A stretch of 64,000 nt of DNA, taken from the NCBI GenBank assembly GCA_038880255.1, contig JAVZSA010000001.1, positions 788 through 64,787 on the forward strand. Direction: 5' to 3'. This DNA is from Thermoplasmata archaeon. Lineage in GTDB: Archaea > Thermoplasmatota > Thermoplasmata > Thermoplasmatales > ARK-15. Positions within the stretch are counted from its first letter, which is position 1; the number at the start of each line of letters is the position of its first letter. Below, piece by piece: positions 49,254-61,626 of this stretch. The notes under the pieces are model-generated. The model searched no databases and was not told the DNA's origin. It saw only the letters and a program-made list of their open reading frames with translations. The position numbers and the translations under genes were made by a program.

Positions 49254-50105
49254 CTATTGCCTTAAGTATGTATGAATCAAAGAATATGTGATTTTTTCAA
49301 TTGAAATATCAAATTCTTTTATTGCATTTTCAAAATCCCCTTTTTCCAAATGATTAGCACCAGCAAAAAAATGGTAAAATTCATCATCATTACTTGAGAC
49401 TGAATTATTTATATATTCAAGAATTTTTAAATTTGTATTCTCCATTAAATTTAATTTATGAAGGGAATTGAAATAAGAAATTATTATTTTTCCTTCTGGT
49501 GATTCTCTACCATACTCCTTAAAAATGAACGGAATAGAATAGAAATTTTTATCATTTAAAGACATTAATAATGGAGTGTAAGCATAACTTCCTTTTCCCT
49601 TTTCTTTTAATAATGCTAGAGGTGTGAGATAAGAATAAATATATTCAAGGCTAGGTAAAATTTTGGGAAGAAGTTTTAATGAACTAACACCATTGGTAAT
49701 TAGAGTATACCAAATAACAAGGTTAATGTTATCTTTAAAGTATGGAATTTCCATATTATTAATTAAATTTTTTACATAGGATTTTGCTTCCTGAGCTATT
49801 TCATTAATATATGATACGAAATTCTGAAATTCTAAAATATTTTTTTTCAATTCTTCTGAAATTTCTTGTGGAATTATATATTCACCATCAATTTTTTCAA
49901 AAATTGATGTATCAATATTAAAATTTTTAATTATAATTTCATCAATTGGAAATTTAGTACCAATGTATATAATAAGTAAATTTATTTTATTATATTTATT
50001 TAGTATATGTTCAATATAATACTTTTTAGCATCTATTTCCAACAAATTAATTAATTCTGAAGGATTAATTTCTTCTAACATAATTGAAAAAGTCTTACAA
50101 AACAA
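49254..50105 (-). CDS. Hypothetical helical protein (fragment 3 of split gene)
   Basis: The frame is open upstream of the called TTG start as far as 50297, overlapping the stop of the preceding ORF. The C-terminal residues (GANHLEKGDFENAIKEFDISIEK) already look TPR-like. Confidence 0.6.
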   Translation of the reverse strand: MFCKTFSIMLEEINPSELINLLEIDAKKYYIEHILNKYNKINLLIIYIGTKFPIDEIIIKNFNIDTSIFEKIDGEYIIPQEISEELKKNILEFQNFVSYINEIAQEAKSYVKNLINNMEIPYFKDNINLVIWYTLITNGVSSLKLLPKILPSLEYIYSYLTPLALLKEKGKGSYAYTPLLMSLNDKNFYSIPFIFKEYGRESPEGKIIISYFNSLHKLNLMENTNLKILEYINNSVSSNDDEFYHFFAGANHLEKGDFENAIKEFDISIEKITYSLIHTYLRQ

Positions 50106-50281
50106 ATAAATTTCTGATATTGTATTAAAATGAAATTTATCTATAAATCCCCCTTCTTCAAATAAATTCCATTTTTCTTCAGGTAAAATTAACCTTAAAA
50201 ATTTTAAAATTAAATCTTTGGTATAATCTTGCCATTCAAAAAGAACTACATGATTCCCTGTACTGTTTAATAAATAAAATT

Positions 50282-50902
50282 TTATGGGTCCAAAAATTCA
50301 ATTAATTTTAAATTCAAATTATATGAAGAGTCAACAATTGAAATTAAATTAGGTATAGGATATTCAGGTATGTAATTTTTTGTAATTATTAAAGAATCTT
50401 GCATTAACCAATTCATAATACCTCTGTGTTTTTCTTTCAAAAAAATTGATTTTTTAAAATATTTCTTTAAAATTAAACTGATAAATATTATATTATCTAC
50501 TCTATTCTCAGATTTGAGAATTATTGTACCCTTTTGAAGAATATCCCATGATTTTTCAATGCTTGGGGCTATTAGATTATCAATATCTTCAATTAATTTT
50601 TCAAATAATGGTACATTACCTAATAAATTTATAGATTCATTAAAATTCAATTCCATAATGGAATTTTTTAAATTCATTGTTAAATTTTTGACAAAACTAT
50701 CAAGCTTTTCAAGAATAAAATCAAAGTTGTTAAGTGAATTTAGACAATCATAGACATTATTTCTATCAATTTTTAACTCTAAAGAAAATTGAGAAGACAA
50801 AATATGCTTATAATCATCAATCAAATTTTTCCAGTCTTTAATGAATTCTTTAAATTTTTCCCCATAATTTAAGCCATAATCATGATAAAATAAGAGGATC
50901 AA
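50282..50902 (-). CDS. Hypothetical helical protein (fragment 2 of split gene)
   Basis: The frame is open upstream of the called TTG start as far as 51013, overlapping the stop of the P-loop ORF. Confidence 0.6.
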   Translation of the reverse strand: MILLFYHDYGLNYGEKFKEFIKDWKNLIDDYKHILSSQFSLELKIDRNNVYDCLNSLNNFDFILEKLDSFVKNLTMNLKNSIMELNFNESINLLGNVPLFEKLIEDIDNLIAPSIEKSWDILQKGTIILKSENRVDNIIFISLILKKYFKKSIFLKEKHRGIMNWLMQDSLIITKNYIPEYPIPNLISIVDSSYNLNLKLIEFLDP

Positions 50903-50988
50903 TGAAATTAAAATTTTGTCACAATTTCTATTTGTTTTTAAATTTATTGCTGAAACAATATTCTTTAATTCTCTAATTTCAGAATCAT

Positions 50989-51540
50989 TTAAAAAGGAAT
51001 TGCATTTATAAATTCATTTGAATGGAGACCAAGATTCTGAAATTTTAAATAATCTACCAATTTATTATATATTTTCCTTTGTTTTTCAATTTCCAAATCA
51101 TCATATTCTAGTAGGCCAGGTAAAATATAGTTTATTCCCATCCATGATATAGTTATTTCTTTAAAATTATCACCCTTTATTGCATATATTAAACCCTTTT
51201 TTTTATTTATATTTTCAATTTGATTTAATAATTCTTCAGGAATCATTTTTATATCAAAATTACCGCTATTAACAAAATTTTTTATTTTAAAGATACTAAT
51301 ATTTTTTCCCGGATTTTTTATAATATCTTCAATATCCCTATCTTGATTTATTAAACCAAAAGTGAATTCATCTAAAGATAATTTCTTAAATTTTTTCTTA
51401 ATATCATTTATAAAATATGTTTTGCCGGATCTTGGGGGTCCTATTAAATATTTTATATGATATTTATTTATCAAATTTAAAAAATTATTCTGTTCAGAAA
51501 TTAGAATTCTTTTTAATTCCTCAATTTTCTCTAAATTCAT
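50989..51540 (-). CDS. P-loop NTPase domain protein (fragment 1 of split gene)
   Basis: Walker A GPPRSGKT follows an N-terminal helix. A candidate Walker B strand is GLIYAIKGD. Confidence 0.65.
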   Translation of the reverse strand: MNLEKIEELKRILISEQNNFLNLINKYHIKYLIGPPRSGKTYFINDIKKKFKKLSLDEFTFGLINQDRDIEDIIKNPGKNISIFKIKNFVNSGNFDIKMIPEELLNQIENINKKKGLIYAIKGDNFKEITISWMGINYILPGLLEYDDLEIEKQRKIYNKLVDYLKFQNLGLHSNEFINAIPF

Positions 51541-51621
51541 CTTAATTATTTAATAGTTAATCTTTATATAAATAGTTTTTTCTGACAAAATTTTTTAATT
51601 ACATTATAATCCCAGGATATA

Positions 51622-53253
51622 ATGGAAAACATCCTAAGAAAATATGCAATAATCGAGGTGGGGATTCTCCTCATAGTTGCATTTTATGCAATTTTTCCAG
51701 CAAATCTTGTTCTTACTGTTTGGCAATATGCTCTTTTTTCATTCCTTAGGATGTTAGTAGCGTATATAATTTCCCTTATATTTTCAATACTTTATGGATT
51801 GTACGCTGCAACAAATAAAAAAGCAGAAAAAATTATGATTCCAATCTTGGACATACTTCAAAGTGTTCCTATTCTTGGTTTTTTTCCAATTGTGATATTT
51901 ATTTTAATAATGTATCTCCCTTCCAGTATAGGTGCAGAAATAGCATCAATTATACTTATTTTTACAAGTCAAGCTTGGAATATGGCTTTTGGTGTTTATG
52001 AAAGTATTATTACAATACCTGAAGAATTGAGGATTGCATCCAATGCATTTAAACTTAAGGGAATAATAAGATTCAGATATCTTTATTTTCCTTCAATGAT
52101 TCCAAGGCTAATATACAATAGCATGATGTCTTGGGCGGGCGGTTGGTATTTTCTTTTTGCCGCAGAAATAATATCGGTGGGTAATCTAACTTATACTTTG
52201 CCAGGTTTGGGATCTTTTATGTGGAGAATGGTAATGAGTGGTGAGATATCTTACGGTTTACTCGCACTATTTACACTTGTTTTAATAATTGTTTTAATGG
52301 ATATTTTGTTTTGGAGACCTCTATCAAAGGTATCTGAGAAATATAAGTATGAAAGTTTATCGGAAGAGCAGATTGAAAAGAAATTTTATTTGGCTAAACT
52401 TCTTAATTATTTACCGTCCCTCGATTTCATGGTAAGTATTTTTAAAAAATTATCTTTTAGAAATAGAAAGTTTAGAGTTTTTTCTTGGATTTGGAAATAT
52501 AAAAAGTATATACTTTACTTTTTCTTTTCTCTGTTATTAATCTTCATTTTTTACGCACTTTTTATATCAATTGAACATGGCATAAATTTTGAAATTTCAA
52601 GCAATGATATTTTTATTGTTCCAATTGCATTATTCTATTCCATTTTAAGACTTTTGATAGCTTATTTACTCTCACTGGCTTGGATAATCCCACTTGCAAT
52701 ATACCTTAAATCACATAAAAATTCAGAGAAATGGTTGAATCCATTATTTGAAATTCTTGCTTCAATACCTGCTACAGCACTTTTCCCATTCTTCGTTCTT
52801 ATATTTATAAAAATGCCTTTTGGTACAAACATTGCTTCCATACTTTTAATAATGACCGGTATGCAATGGTATATTCTTTTTAATGTACTCTCAGGTATAA
52901 GGACTTTCCCTGCTGATTATGATACAGTATCAAGGGCATTTAGGTTCAAAAAGTGGCAGTATATAAGGAAGGTACTTTTACCGGGAATATTTGCGCCACT
53001 TTTAACTGGTAGCATTACCGGATGGGGAGGGGGATGGAATGCATTAATAGTATCTGAATACATAATAATTAATGGAACTGTTTATTCAGTCCTTGGAATA
53101 GGATATTTAATAGATTACGCTACTTATGTAAAGGGTAACGTTTTTCTAAATATTTTCTATGTTGTTATATTGAGCTTAACCGTGGTAATTTTAAATAGAT
53201 TGTTTTGGAGAAGATTATACCTTAGGGCGGAAAGGTATGCCTATATCTCTTAA
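51622..53253 (+). CDS. ABC transporter permease with duplicated transmembrane domains (anion/NitT-TauT-like)
   Basis: Two tandem BPD-type permease modules, each with an EAA-like loop region (ELRIASNAFKLKG, DYDTVSRAFRFKK). No ATPase or binding-protein gene is adjacent. Confidence 0.7.
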   Translation: MENILRKYAIIEVGILLIVAFYAIFPANLVLTVWQYALFSFLRMLVAYIISLIFSILYGLYAATNKKAEKIMIPILDILQSVPILGFFPIVIFILIMYLPSSIGAEIASIILIFTSQAWNMAFGVYESIITIPEELRIASNAFKLKGIIRFRYLYFPSMIPRLIYNSMMSWAGGWYFLFAAEIISVGNLTYTLPGLGSFMWRMVMSGEISYGLLALFTLVLIIVLMDILFWRPLSKVSEKYKYESLSEEQIEKKFYLAKLLNYLPSLDFMVSIFKKLSFRNRKFRVFSWIWKYKKYILYFFFSLLLIFIFYALFISIEHGINFEISSNDIFIVPIALFYSILRLLIAYLLSLAWIIPLAIYLKSHKNSEKWLNPLFEILASIPATALFPFFVLIFIKMPFGTNIASILLIMTGMQWYILFNVLSGIRTFPADYDTVSRAFRFKKWQYIRKVLLPGIFAPLLTGSITGWGGGWNALIVSEYIIINGTVYSVLGIGYLIDYATYVKGNVFLNIFYVVILSLTVVILNRLFWRRLYLRAERYAYIS

Positions 53254-53896
53254 GAATCAGAGGAAAAGTTGGGAAAAATTTTATTCAAACCATAAGGATC
53301 CTTGGAGAGTCTACAAGGAATATCCTATTGAAAATTATCTTTCAAAGGGTTCATTAATTCTTGATTTTTGTTCTGGCACAGGAAAATCAAGTTTTAGATT
53401 GGTTGAAAAGGGTTACAATGTAATACTTTTAGATTTTTCAATGAACTCATTAAGGCGATCTAGTGGAAAAGAATATGCAAAAATATTGGGAAATGCCTTA
53501 AATCTTCCATTTAGGGATTCAATATTTGATGCAATAATTGCATCCCATGCAATTTCACACATGTTAATGGATGATAGAAAAAAAGCAATCCAAGAAATAT
53601 TCAGAGTATCAAAGGATAATGCAATTTTTGTGTTTGAGGGTTTTTCCACTGAGGATTTTAGGTATGGGAAAGGTAAGGAAATAGAAAAAAACACATTTCT
53701 TAGAGGAAATGGAATTTATACCCATTATTTTACAGAGGATGAATTGAATAATTTTTTTATCAATTTTGAAATTCTTGATAGAAAAGTTAAAATATTAAAT
53801 AGAAAAATTTTAGGATCTTTATATAAAATGGTGGTATTGGTATATATTATGAAAATTAATAAAAATAAAAAGGTTTTTATGCATGCAATTCATTAA
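53237..53896 (+). CDS. Class I SAM-dependent methyltransferase
   Basis: Motif I ILDFCSGTGKSS, followed by an acidic residue after strand 2 (LLDFS) and motif II/III spacing. Confidence 0.7.
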   Translation: MPISLKNQRKSWEKFYSNHKDPWRVYKEYPIENYLSKGSLILDFCSGTGKSSFRLVEKGYNVILLDFSMNSLRRSSGKEYAKILGNALNLPFRDSIFDAIIASHAISHMLMDDRKKAIQEIFRVSKDNAIFVFEGFSTEDFRYGKGKEIEKNTFLRGNGIYTHYFTEDELNNFFINFEILDRKVKILNRKILGSLYKMVVLVYIMKINKNKKVFMHAIH

Positions 53897-53902
53897 GAAT
53901 AG

Positions 53903-55858
<1,956 letters not shown>

Positions 55859-55868
55859 GGTGGATGGA

Positions 55869-58265
55869 ATGTCAAATGTTCAAACAAAGACAATAGAAGA
55901 AGAAATGAAATATTCTTACATGGATTATGCTATGAGCGTCATAGTGGGAAGGTCTTTGCCAGATGTGAGGGATGGTTTAAAACCTGTTCAAAGAAGGATA
56001 CTTTATTCAATGTACGAGATGGGTCTTACACATGATAAACCTTTTAGGAAATGTGCTAGGATAGTGGGTGAAGTGATGGGTAAATATCATCCTCATGGTG
56101 AGGCACCAATATATGATGCTCTTGTAAGGATGGCACAACCATTTTCTCTCAGGTATACCCTCGTTCAAGGTCAAGGAAATTTTGGAAGTGTGGATGGTGA
56201 TTCACCTGCGGCCATGAGATATACTGAGGCAAGGATGGAAAGACTTGCTGAAGAAATGCTTGAGGATATAGAAAAGGAAACAGTACCAACGATGCAAAAT
56301 TTTGATGGAACACTAAATGAGCCAATATATTTACCATCAAAGGTACCAAATCTTCTCATAAATGGATCTTCAGGTATAGCTGTAGGAATGGCTACAAATA
56401 TGCCTCCTCATAATATTTCAGATACAATAGACGCAATAATTCATTACATAAATCATAGGGATTGTACCATTGATGAATTAATAGAGATTATTAAGGGTCC
56501 AGATTTTCCAACAGGTGGTGTAGTATTCAATTATTCAGGTCTTGTTGAAGCATATAAAACTGGAAAGGGAATGATAAAAATAAGGGGAAGATATGAAATT
56601 CATGAGAGGGACATTATTTTTACTGAAATACCATATGAAGTAAATAAATCAGAACTTTTAAAAAATATTGGAAGTCTTGTTAAGGATGAGAAAATAAGTG
56701 GTATACAGGGAATTAGGGATGAAAGTAATAAAGAGGGAATAAGAATTGTGATAAGACTGAAAAAAGATGCAAATACTGATATAGTTCTAAATCAATTACT
56801 TGAGCATACCCAGCTTGAAGTATCCTATGGAATAATAAATCTAGCATTAATTGATAATGTTCCAAGAATTTTCAATTTGAAAGAATTAATTTCAGAATTT
56901 GTAAAACATAGGTTTGGTGTAATAACTAAAAAAATTAAATATGATCTAAGGAAAGATGAAGAAAGGGAGCACATACTTCAAGGTTATATTATCGCCTTAG
57001 ATCATCTCGATGAAGTTATTAATACGATCAGATCATCCAAAGATTATGGTGAGGCAAAGGAAGCATTGATTAAAAATTTTAATATGAGTGAAATACAAGC
57101 TAAAGCTGTGCTAGATCTAAGGTTGCAGAGATTAACAGCAATGGAGAGGGAATCGATTATTAGAGAGGAGGAAGAGATTAGAAAGGAAATAGAGAGGTTA
57201 AAGGATCTACTTTCTCATGAAGAAAAAATCTATGATCTAATGGTTAAAGAGTTGTTGGACCTTAAAAAAAGATATGGTGATTCAAGAAAAACAGAAATAA
57301 TGAAGGAAGAATTGGGTAGAAGAGACATTGAAGATCTCATACCCCCAGAAAACTTTGTTGTAACATTTACCAAGGGGGGATACATAAAGAGAATTTCTAT
57401 GGATGAATATAGGTCCCAAGGAAGAGGTGGAACTGGAGTTATAACAGAATATGGGGAAGAGGATTTTCCTGTTCAGGTATTCATAGCGAACAGTCATGAT
57501 AATTTGCTCTTTTTCACAAATAAGGGAAGGGTATATTCATTAAAATGTTATAAAATAGTACAAACATCCAGAAAAGCAAGTGGTAAGAATATAAAAAATT
57601 ATATAGAACTCGATGAAAATGAGGTAGTGGAAAGAATACTTCCAATTAATGAAAAATCTGAGGGAAATATAGTATTTCTCACAACAAAAGGGATTGTAAA
57701 GAAAACATCATTAAAACATTTTATTAATATTAGATCCAGAGGTATTATTGCAATTTCGTTGGATGGAGATACAATAAAAGATGTTTGCTTGGCAAAAGAT
57801 GATGAAGATATTTTCATATTCACTACGAATGGCCAAACTGTAAGATTCCCATCAAAAGAATTGAGAGAGATGGGTAGGATAAGTCATGGAGTGAGAGGTA
57901 TAAAGATAAGGGAAGGTGATAGTGCACTTTCAATCTCATCTGTTAAACCTGATGATTTAATCCTTACAGTAACAGAGCTTGGCAGAGGAAAAATAACAAA
58001 GGTAGAAATGTTCAGAAGAACACATAGAGGGAAAATAGGGATTAGGGGCCAAAGAATCAATGATAAGACTGGAAAACTTGCAGGAGCAATAAAAGTTGTA
58101 GAAAATGATGTAATAATGTTACAGACAATAAAGGGAATGACAATACAGTTTTCACTTAGTGAAATACCAGAGCTAGGTAGAAATGCATCAGGTGTAAAAT
58201 TAATCGATCTAAAGGAAAATGATAAGGTGGGGGCGATTACAAGAATTCCATCATTTGATGAATGA
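55869..58265 (+). CDS. gyrA: DNA gyrase subunit A
   Basis: DGLKPVQRR, the active-site region AAMRYTE, and C-terminal beta-pinwheel repeats. The start is at 55869 after GAGGTGGA. The ORF-track TTG start is 55848. Confidence 0.92.
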   Translation: MSNVQTKTIEEEMKYSYMDYAMSVIVGRSLPDVRDGLKPVQRRILYSMYEMGLTHDKPFRKCARIVGEVMGKYHPHGEAPIYDALVRMAQPFSLRYTLVQGQGNFGSVDGDSPAAMRYTEARMERLAEEMLEDIEKETVPTMQNFDGTLNEPIYLPSKVPNLLINGSSGIAVGMATNMPPHNISDTIDAIIHYINHRDCTIDELIEIIKGPDFPTGGVVFNYSGLVEAYKTGKGMIKIRGRYEIHERDIIFTEIPYEVNKSELLKNIGSLVKDEKISGIQGIRDESNKEGIRIVIRLKKDANTDIVLNQLLEHTQLEVSYGIINLALIDNVPRIFNLKELISEFVKHRFGVITKKIKYDLRKDEEREHILQGYIIALDHLDEVINTIRSSKDYGEAKEALIKNFNMSEIQAKAVLDLRLQRLTAMERESIIREEEEIRKEIERLKDLLSHEEKIYDLMVKELLDLKKRYGDSRKTEIMKEELGRRDIEDLIPPENFVVTFTKGGYIKRISMDEYRSQGRGGTGVITEYGEEDFPVQVFIANSHDNLLFFTNKGRVYSLKCYKIVQTSRKASGKNIKNYIELDENEVVERILPINEKSEGNIVFLTTKGIVKKTSLKHFINIRSRGIIAISLDGDTIKDVCLAKDDEDIFIFTTNGQTVRFPSKELREMGRISHGVRGIKIREGDSALSISSVKPDDLILTVTELGRGKITKVEMFRRTHRGKIGIRGQRINDKTGKLAGAIKVVENDVIMLQTIKGMTIQFSLSEIPELGRNASGVKLIDLKENDKVGAITRIPSFDE

Positions 58266-59174
58266 AACTCCTTCATTATCTATTTTAACTTCATAATATT
58301 TTATACCCATACTTTCAAGTTTTTCTATTACCATTTCTTTCTTTCTAGGTATTATTACAACTGCACCCCCACCACCTGCTCCCGTAATCTTCGCTCCGTA
58401 TGAATAATCTATAACATTTTCAATAATTTTAGTTGTACTTTCATGACCCACTCCGATTATATTGAGAAGTTTATTGTTCCTATTCATAAGATTTCCTATT
58501 TTTTCAAGATCTCCATTTTTCAGTGGGGCTATTGCATCTTCTGTAATCTTACCTATTTCATCAATAATTTCCATTCCAAATTTATTTTTTGATACAAAAT
58601 TATTCACTTTAGAAACCATTTGTGCAGTTGATGATCTAATACCAGAGTTTGCAACAATTAAATCCAATTCAGATATTTCCAATCTTTCTATCCACCATAA
58701 ATAACCATTTTTCTCTATTTTCCATAATGATCTTTCACTTTTTTTTGGGGAGATCATTACAGCACCACCTAATGTGACTGTTGAAGTATCAATTGGACTT
58801 GCCCTTCCTTGAACTTGATATTCTGTTTCAAATGCAATCCTTGCAATATTATCCTTTGACCATTTTTCAATAAGGTAAAGCAAGGAAGATACAGTTCCTA
58901 CGGTAATTGAGGCTGATGAACCTAGGCCTGATGATTGCGAAAAAGAGCTTCTTATTCTAATACTTACTGGGAAATCGACCCCTGAAAGTTCATATGCTTT
59001 AAGAATATACGAATGATATTTTTTGTCTGGTTGAATTCCATCAATAAGCATTGAGCTGTGTTTCTCTACTATTACACTTGAATAAATGTTTATAGCCACT
59101 GCTATTGCAGGTTTTCCATAAACAACAGCATGTTCCCCAAATAGTATTACCTTAGCAGGTGTTTTAGATTCCAT
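58251..59174 (-). CDS. mvk: Mevalonate kinase
   Basis: N-terminal AKVILFGEHAVVYG, GHMP motif SGLGSSAS, and C-terminal KITGAGGGG. The start is placed at MESKTP. The ORF-track start is 59207. Confidence 0.85.
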   Translation of the reverse strand: MESKTPAKVILFGEHAVVYGKPAIAVAINIYSSVIVEKHSSMLIDGIQPDKKYHSYILKAYELSGVDFPVSIRIRSSFSQSSGLGSSASITVGTVSSLLYLIEKWSKDNIARIAFETEYQVQGRASPIDTSTVTLGGAVMISPKKSERSLWKIEKNGYLWWIERLEISELDLIVANSGIRSSTAQMVSKVNNFVSKNKFGMEIIDEIGKITEDAIAPLKNGDLEKIGNLMNRNNKLLNIIGVGHESTTKIIENVIDYSYGAKITGAGGGGAVVIIPRKKEMVIEKLESMGIKYYEVKIDNEGVSFIK

Positions 59175-59859
59175 GAATGATCGCCTTGAATTTTTTTGCA
59201 TCTTCACACATATTTGTGTTATTAAACATTATATAATCATTATCTTTAATTTTATTCTTCAAGTAAATTAAATCTTCCATAGTATAGGAATATGAATAAC
59301 CTCCTTTTCCATGTAATCTAAAATATCTTAAACCTTCACTTACACTATCTGAATAAAATGGATCTACAACATGTATTATACCAAGATTTTCATAAATATA
59401 TTTCAGGGTATCAATTTTCCAATTTCCCCTTAGCTCAAGACCATAGGTAATATTATTCATTTTATATTTTTTAAAGAAATTCATTAAATTTTCGATATTT
59501 TCATCACATTCTGAAAATGATGGAGGTGTTTGGAAAATCATTATTTTTGCATTTAAAATTTTTGCATATTCTAACATTTTATCCATTGCGTTGTTTATTT
59601 CCCAATTATCTCTAAAATTTCCATAATTTTCCTTGTTTCCAAAAATTGACTTAAATCTTCTGTATGTTTTTGAATTTTTTTTGTGCGTAATAATTTGTAT
59701 TGCCTTAAATGTAAATTCAAAATCCCCTGCCTCTTCTCTTAAACCTTTTAACCAAGATTCATTTACAAAGTCATAGAATGTGTTTTGTATTTCCACCACA
59801 TCAAGATCTTTATAAATATTTGACCTTTTCATGCAAAAGCCACAGGTACCTACCTTCAT
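59164..59859 (-). CDS. DUF72-family protein
   Basis: The MKVGTCGF... N-terminus, VEIQNTFY, and FRLHG near the C-terminus match the remembered DUF72 pattern. Confidence 0.6.
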   Translation of the reverse strand: MKVGTCGFCMKRSNIYKDLDVVEIQNTFYDFVNESWLKGLREEAGDFEFTFKAIQIITHKKNSKTYRRFKSIFGNKENYGNFRDNWEINNAMDKMLEYAKILNAKIMIFQTPPSFSECDENIENLMNFFKKYKMNNITYGLELRGNWKIDTLKYIYENLGIIHVVDPFYSDSVSEGLRYFRLHGKGGYSYSYTMEDLIYLKNKIKDNDYIMFNNTNMCEDAKKFKAIIHGI

Positions 59860-59907
59860 ATTTTTTGTATCATAAATCTGGTAAAAATATTTTTATATTG
59901 TTTTGAT

Positions 59908-60108
59908 TTGTTCAAAATAATGTGGAAAAATACTCTTGTGGAAATATTCGGATATTTATTAATTTTAATTGGGCTAATATTTTATATTGGTTGGTCCCTT
60001 AAATATAATGCATGGTTTGATGTGGGACTTTTTTCCTTTGTTACACCTATAATAATTTTTGGAATTTTAGGAGTTATACTTGCGAGATTAAATGAAAAAG
60101 GTCAATAG
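59908..60108 (+). CDS. Small two-TM membrane protein
   Basis: 66-aa ORF with two clear hydrophobic helices. No family recognised. Confidence 0.4.
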   Translation: MFKIMWKNTLVEIFGYLLILIGLIFYIGWSLKYNAWFDVGLFSFVTPIIIFGILGVILARLNEKGQ

Positions 60109-61565
60109 GATTTTCCTACATAACAAACAATATTTGTATCCTTCCCACAAACAGCACATTTTCCATTTTTTTCTCCTTTCTCAATTGGTATTCCTAGAAC
60201 ATTTTTACCTGCAATTTCTTCAATTTTTTTTGCACATTCCTCACTACCGCACCAGTTTATTATATTTACTTTATTACTCTTTCTAATCTCATCAATATTT
60301 GAAGCTTCTTCAATATAATCATACATCATTTTCCAAGCCCTTAATTTTAGATTTTCTTGAACATCATTAAGTAATTTTTCAATTTCCTCTAGAGCCTTAT
60401 CCCTTTTTACAGTAATTTTCCTTTTTGAATTCTTTTCTTCCTTTGGTATATCCCTTCTAACTATTGTAACTTCATTATTTTCTATTTCCTTTTGGCCTAT
60501 TTCCACCCTTAAGGGAACACCTTTCATTTCCCAATCATAAAACTTATAGCCGGGTGTATAGTTATCCCTATCATCAAGTTTAACCCTAAAATTTTTTGAA
60601 ATCTCTTTATAGAATTTTCTACTTTCATTAAGAATTTTTTCTTTATTATTTTCATTTATTTCAATTTTGTTGTTAGAATTTTCCTTCGATGGTAGAATTG
60701 GAATTATTACCACTTGATAAGGTGCAATTGCAGGTGGCAAAATTAGTCCATTGTCATCTCCGTGAATACCTACTATTGCACCTATTACCCTTTCACTGAT
60801 ACCAAATGTTGTTTGATGAACATAATCTCTTTTACCATTTTCATCAAGAAACTTAATGTCATAGGCTTTCGAAAAATTCTGCCTATAATTGTGCATAGTA
60901 CCTATTTGTAATGGTCTTCCTGAAGGCATTATTGTATCAGCTGCAATTGAATAATCAGCCCCTGCAAATTTATCCCATTCAGGCCTTTTATTAAGTATGT
61001 ATGGAAGAGCAAGTAAATCACAGAATTTTTTCCATATTTCCCTATCCTCATTTATCTGATTTTCTGCTTCTTCAAAAGTCCTATGACATGTATGTGCTTC
61101 GAAAAAATGAATTTCCCTTACCCTAAGAAATACCCTTGTTTGTTTTGTTTCGTATCTGAATACATTTACTATTTGAAATACTTTTAGTGGGAGATCCGCA
61201 TGTGTTCTTATCCATAGAGAAAATATTGGATACATAGCAGTTTCACTTGTTGGTCTTAATGCAAGTGGAATGTCAAGTGGGGAATCTCCCCCTCTATCTA
61301 CCCAAAATACCTCCCCTCCAAAACCCCTTATGTGTTCTTCCTCCTTTGCAAATTGGTCCTTTGGTATAAGAAGTGGGAAATAAACTTCTTCATGGTTTGT
61401 GGAAAACATTAACTCTCTTAATATTTCATCAATTCTTCTAGCAATTGACCAACCATAGGGCATCCACACGTTCATTCCTTTTACAGGATATCTTTTATCA
61501 ACTAGACCTGTTTTTTCAATTACATCATTGTACCATTCATTGAATTCATTTTTTGAAAATTCCAT
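60102..61565 (-). CDS. proS: Prolyl-tRNA synthetase, archaeal/eukaryal type
   Basis: Class II motifs (FRYE, RPTSET, GTMHN...), a C-terminal Zn-binding-like domain, and a terminal Tyr as in archaeal ProRS. Confidence 0.9.
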   Translation of the reverse strand: MEFSKNEFNEWYNDVIEKTGLVDKRYPVKGMNVWMPYGWSIARRIDEILRELMFSTNHEEVYFPLLIPKDQFAKEEEHIRGFGGEVFWVDRGGDSPLDIPLALRPTSETAMYPIFSLWIRTHADLPLKVFQIVNVFRYETKQTRVFLRVREIHFFEAHTCHRTFEEAENQINEDREIWKKFCDLLALPYILNKRPEWDKFAGADYSIAADTIMPSGRPLQIGTMHNYRQNFSKAYDIKFLDENGKRDYVHQTTFGISERVIGAIVGIHGDDNGLILPPAIAPYQVVIIPILPSKENSNNKIEINENNKEKILNESRKFYKEISKNFRVKLDDRDNYTPGYKFYDWEMKGVPLRVEIGQKEIENNEVTIVRRDIPKEEKNSKRKITVKRDKALEEIEKLLNDVQENLKLRAWKMMYDYIEEASNIDEIRKSNKVNIINWCGSEECAKKIEEIAGKNVLGIPIEKGEKNGKCAVCGKDTNIVCYVGKSY

Positions 61566-61626
61566 AATAATGGAAAAATAGCATAGTATTAAAAAATTTT
61601 TTTCAAAAAAATAATTTAAATCATTT

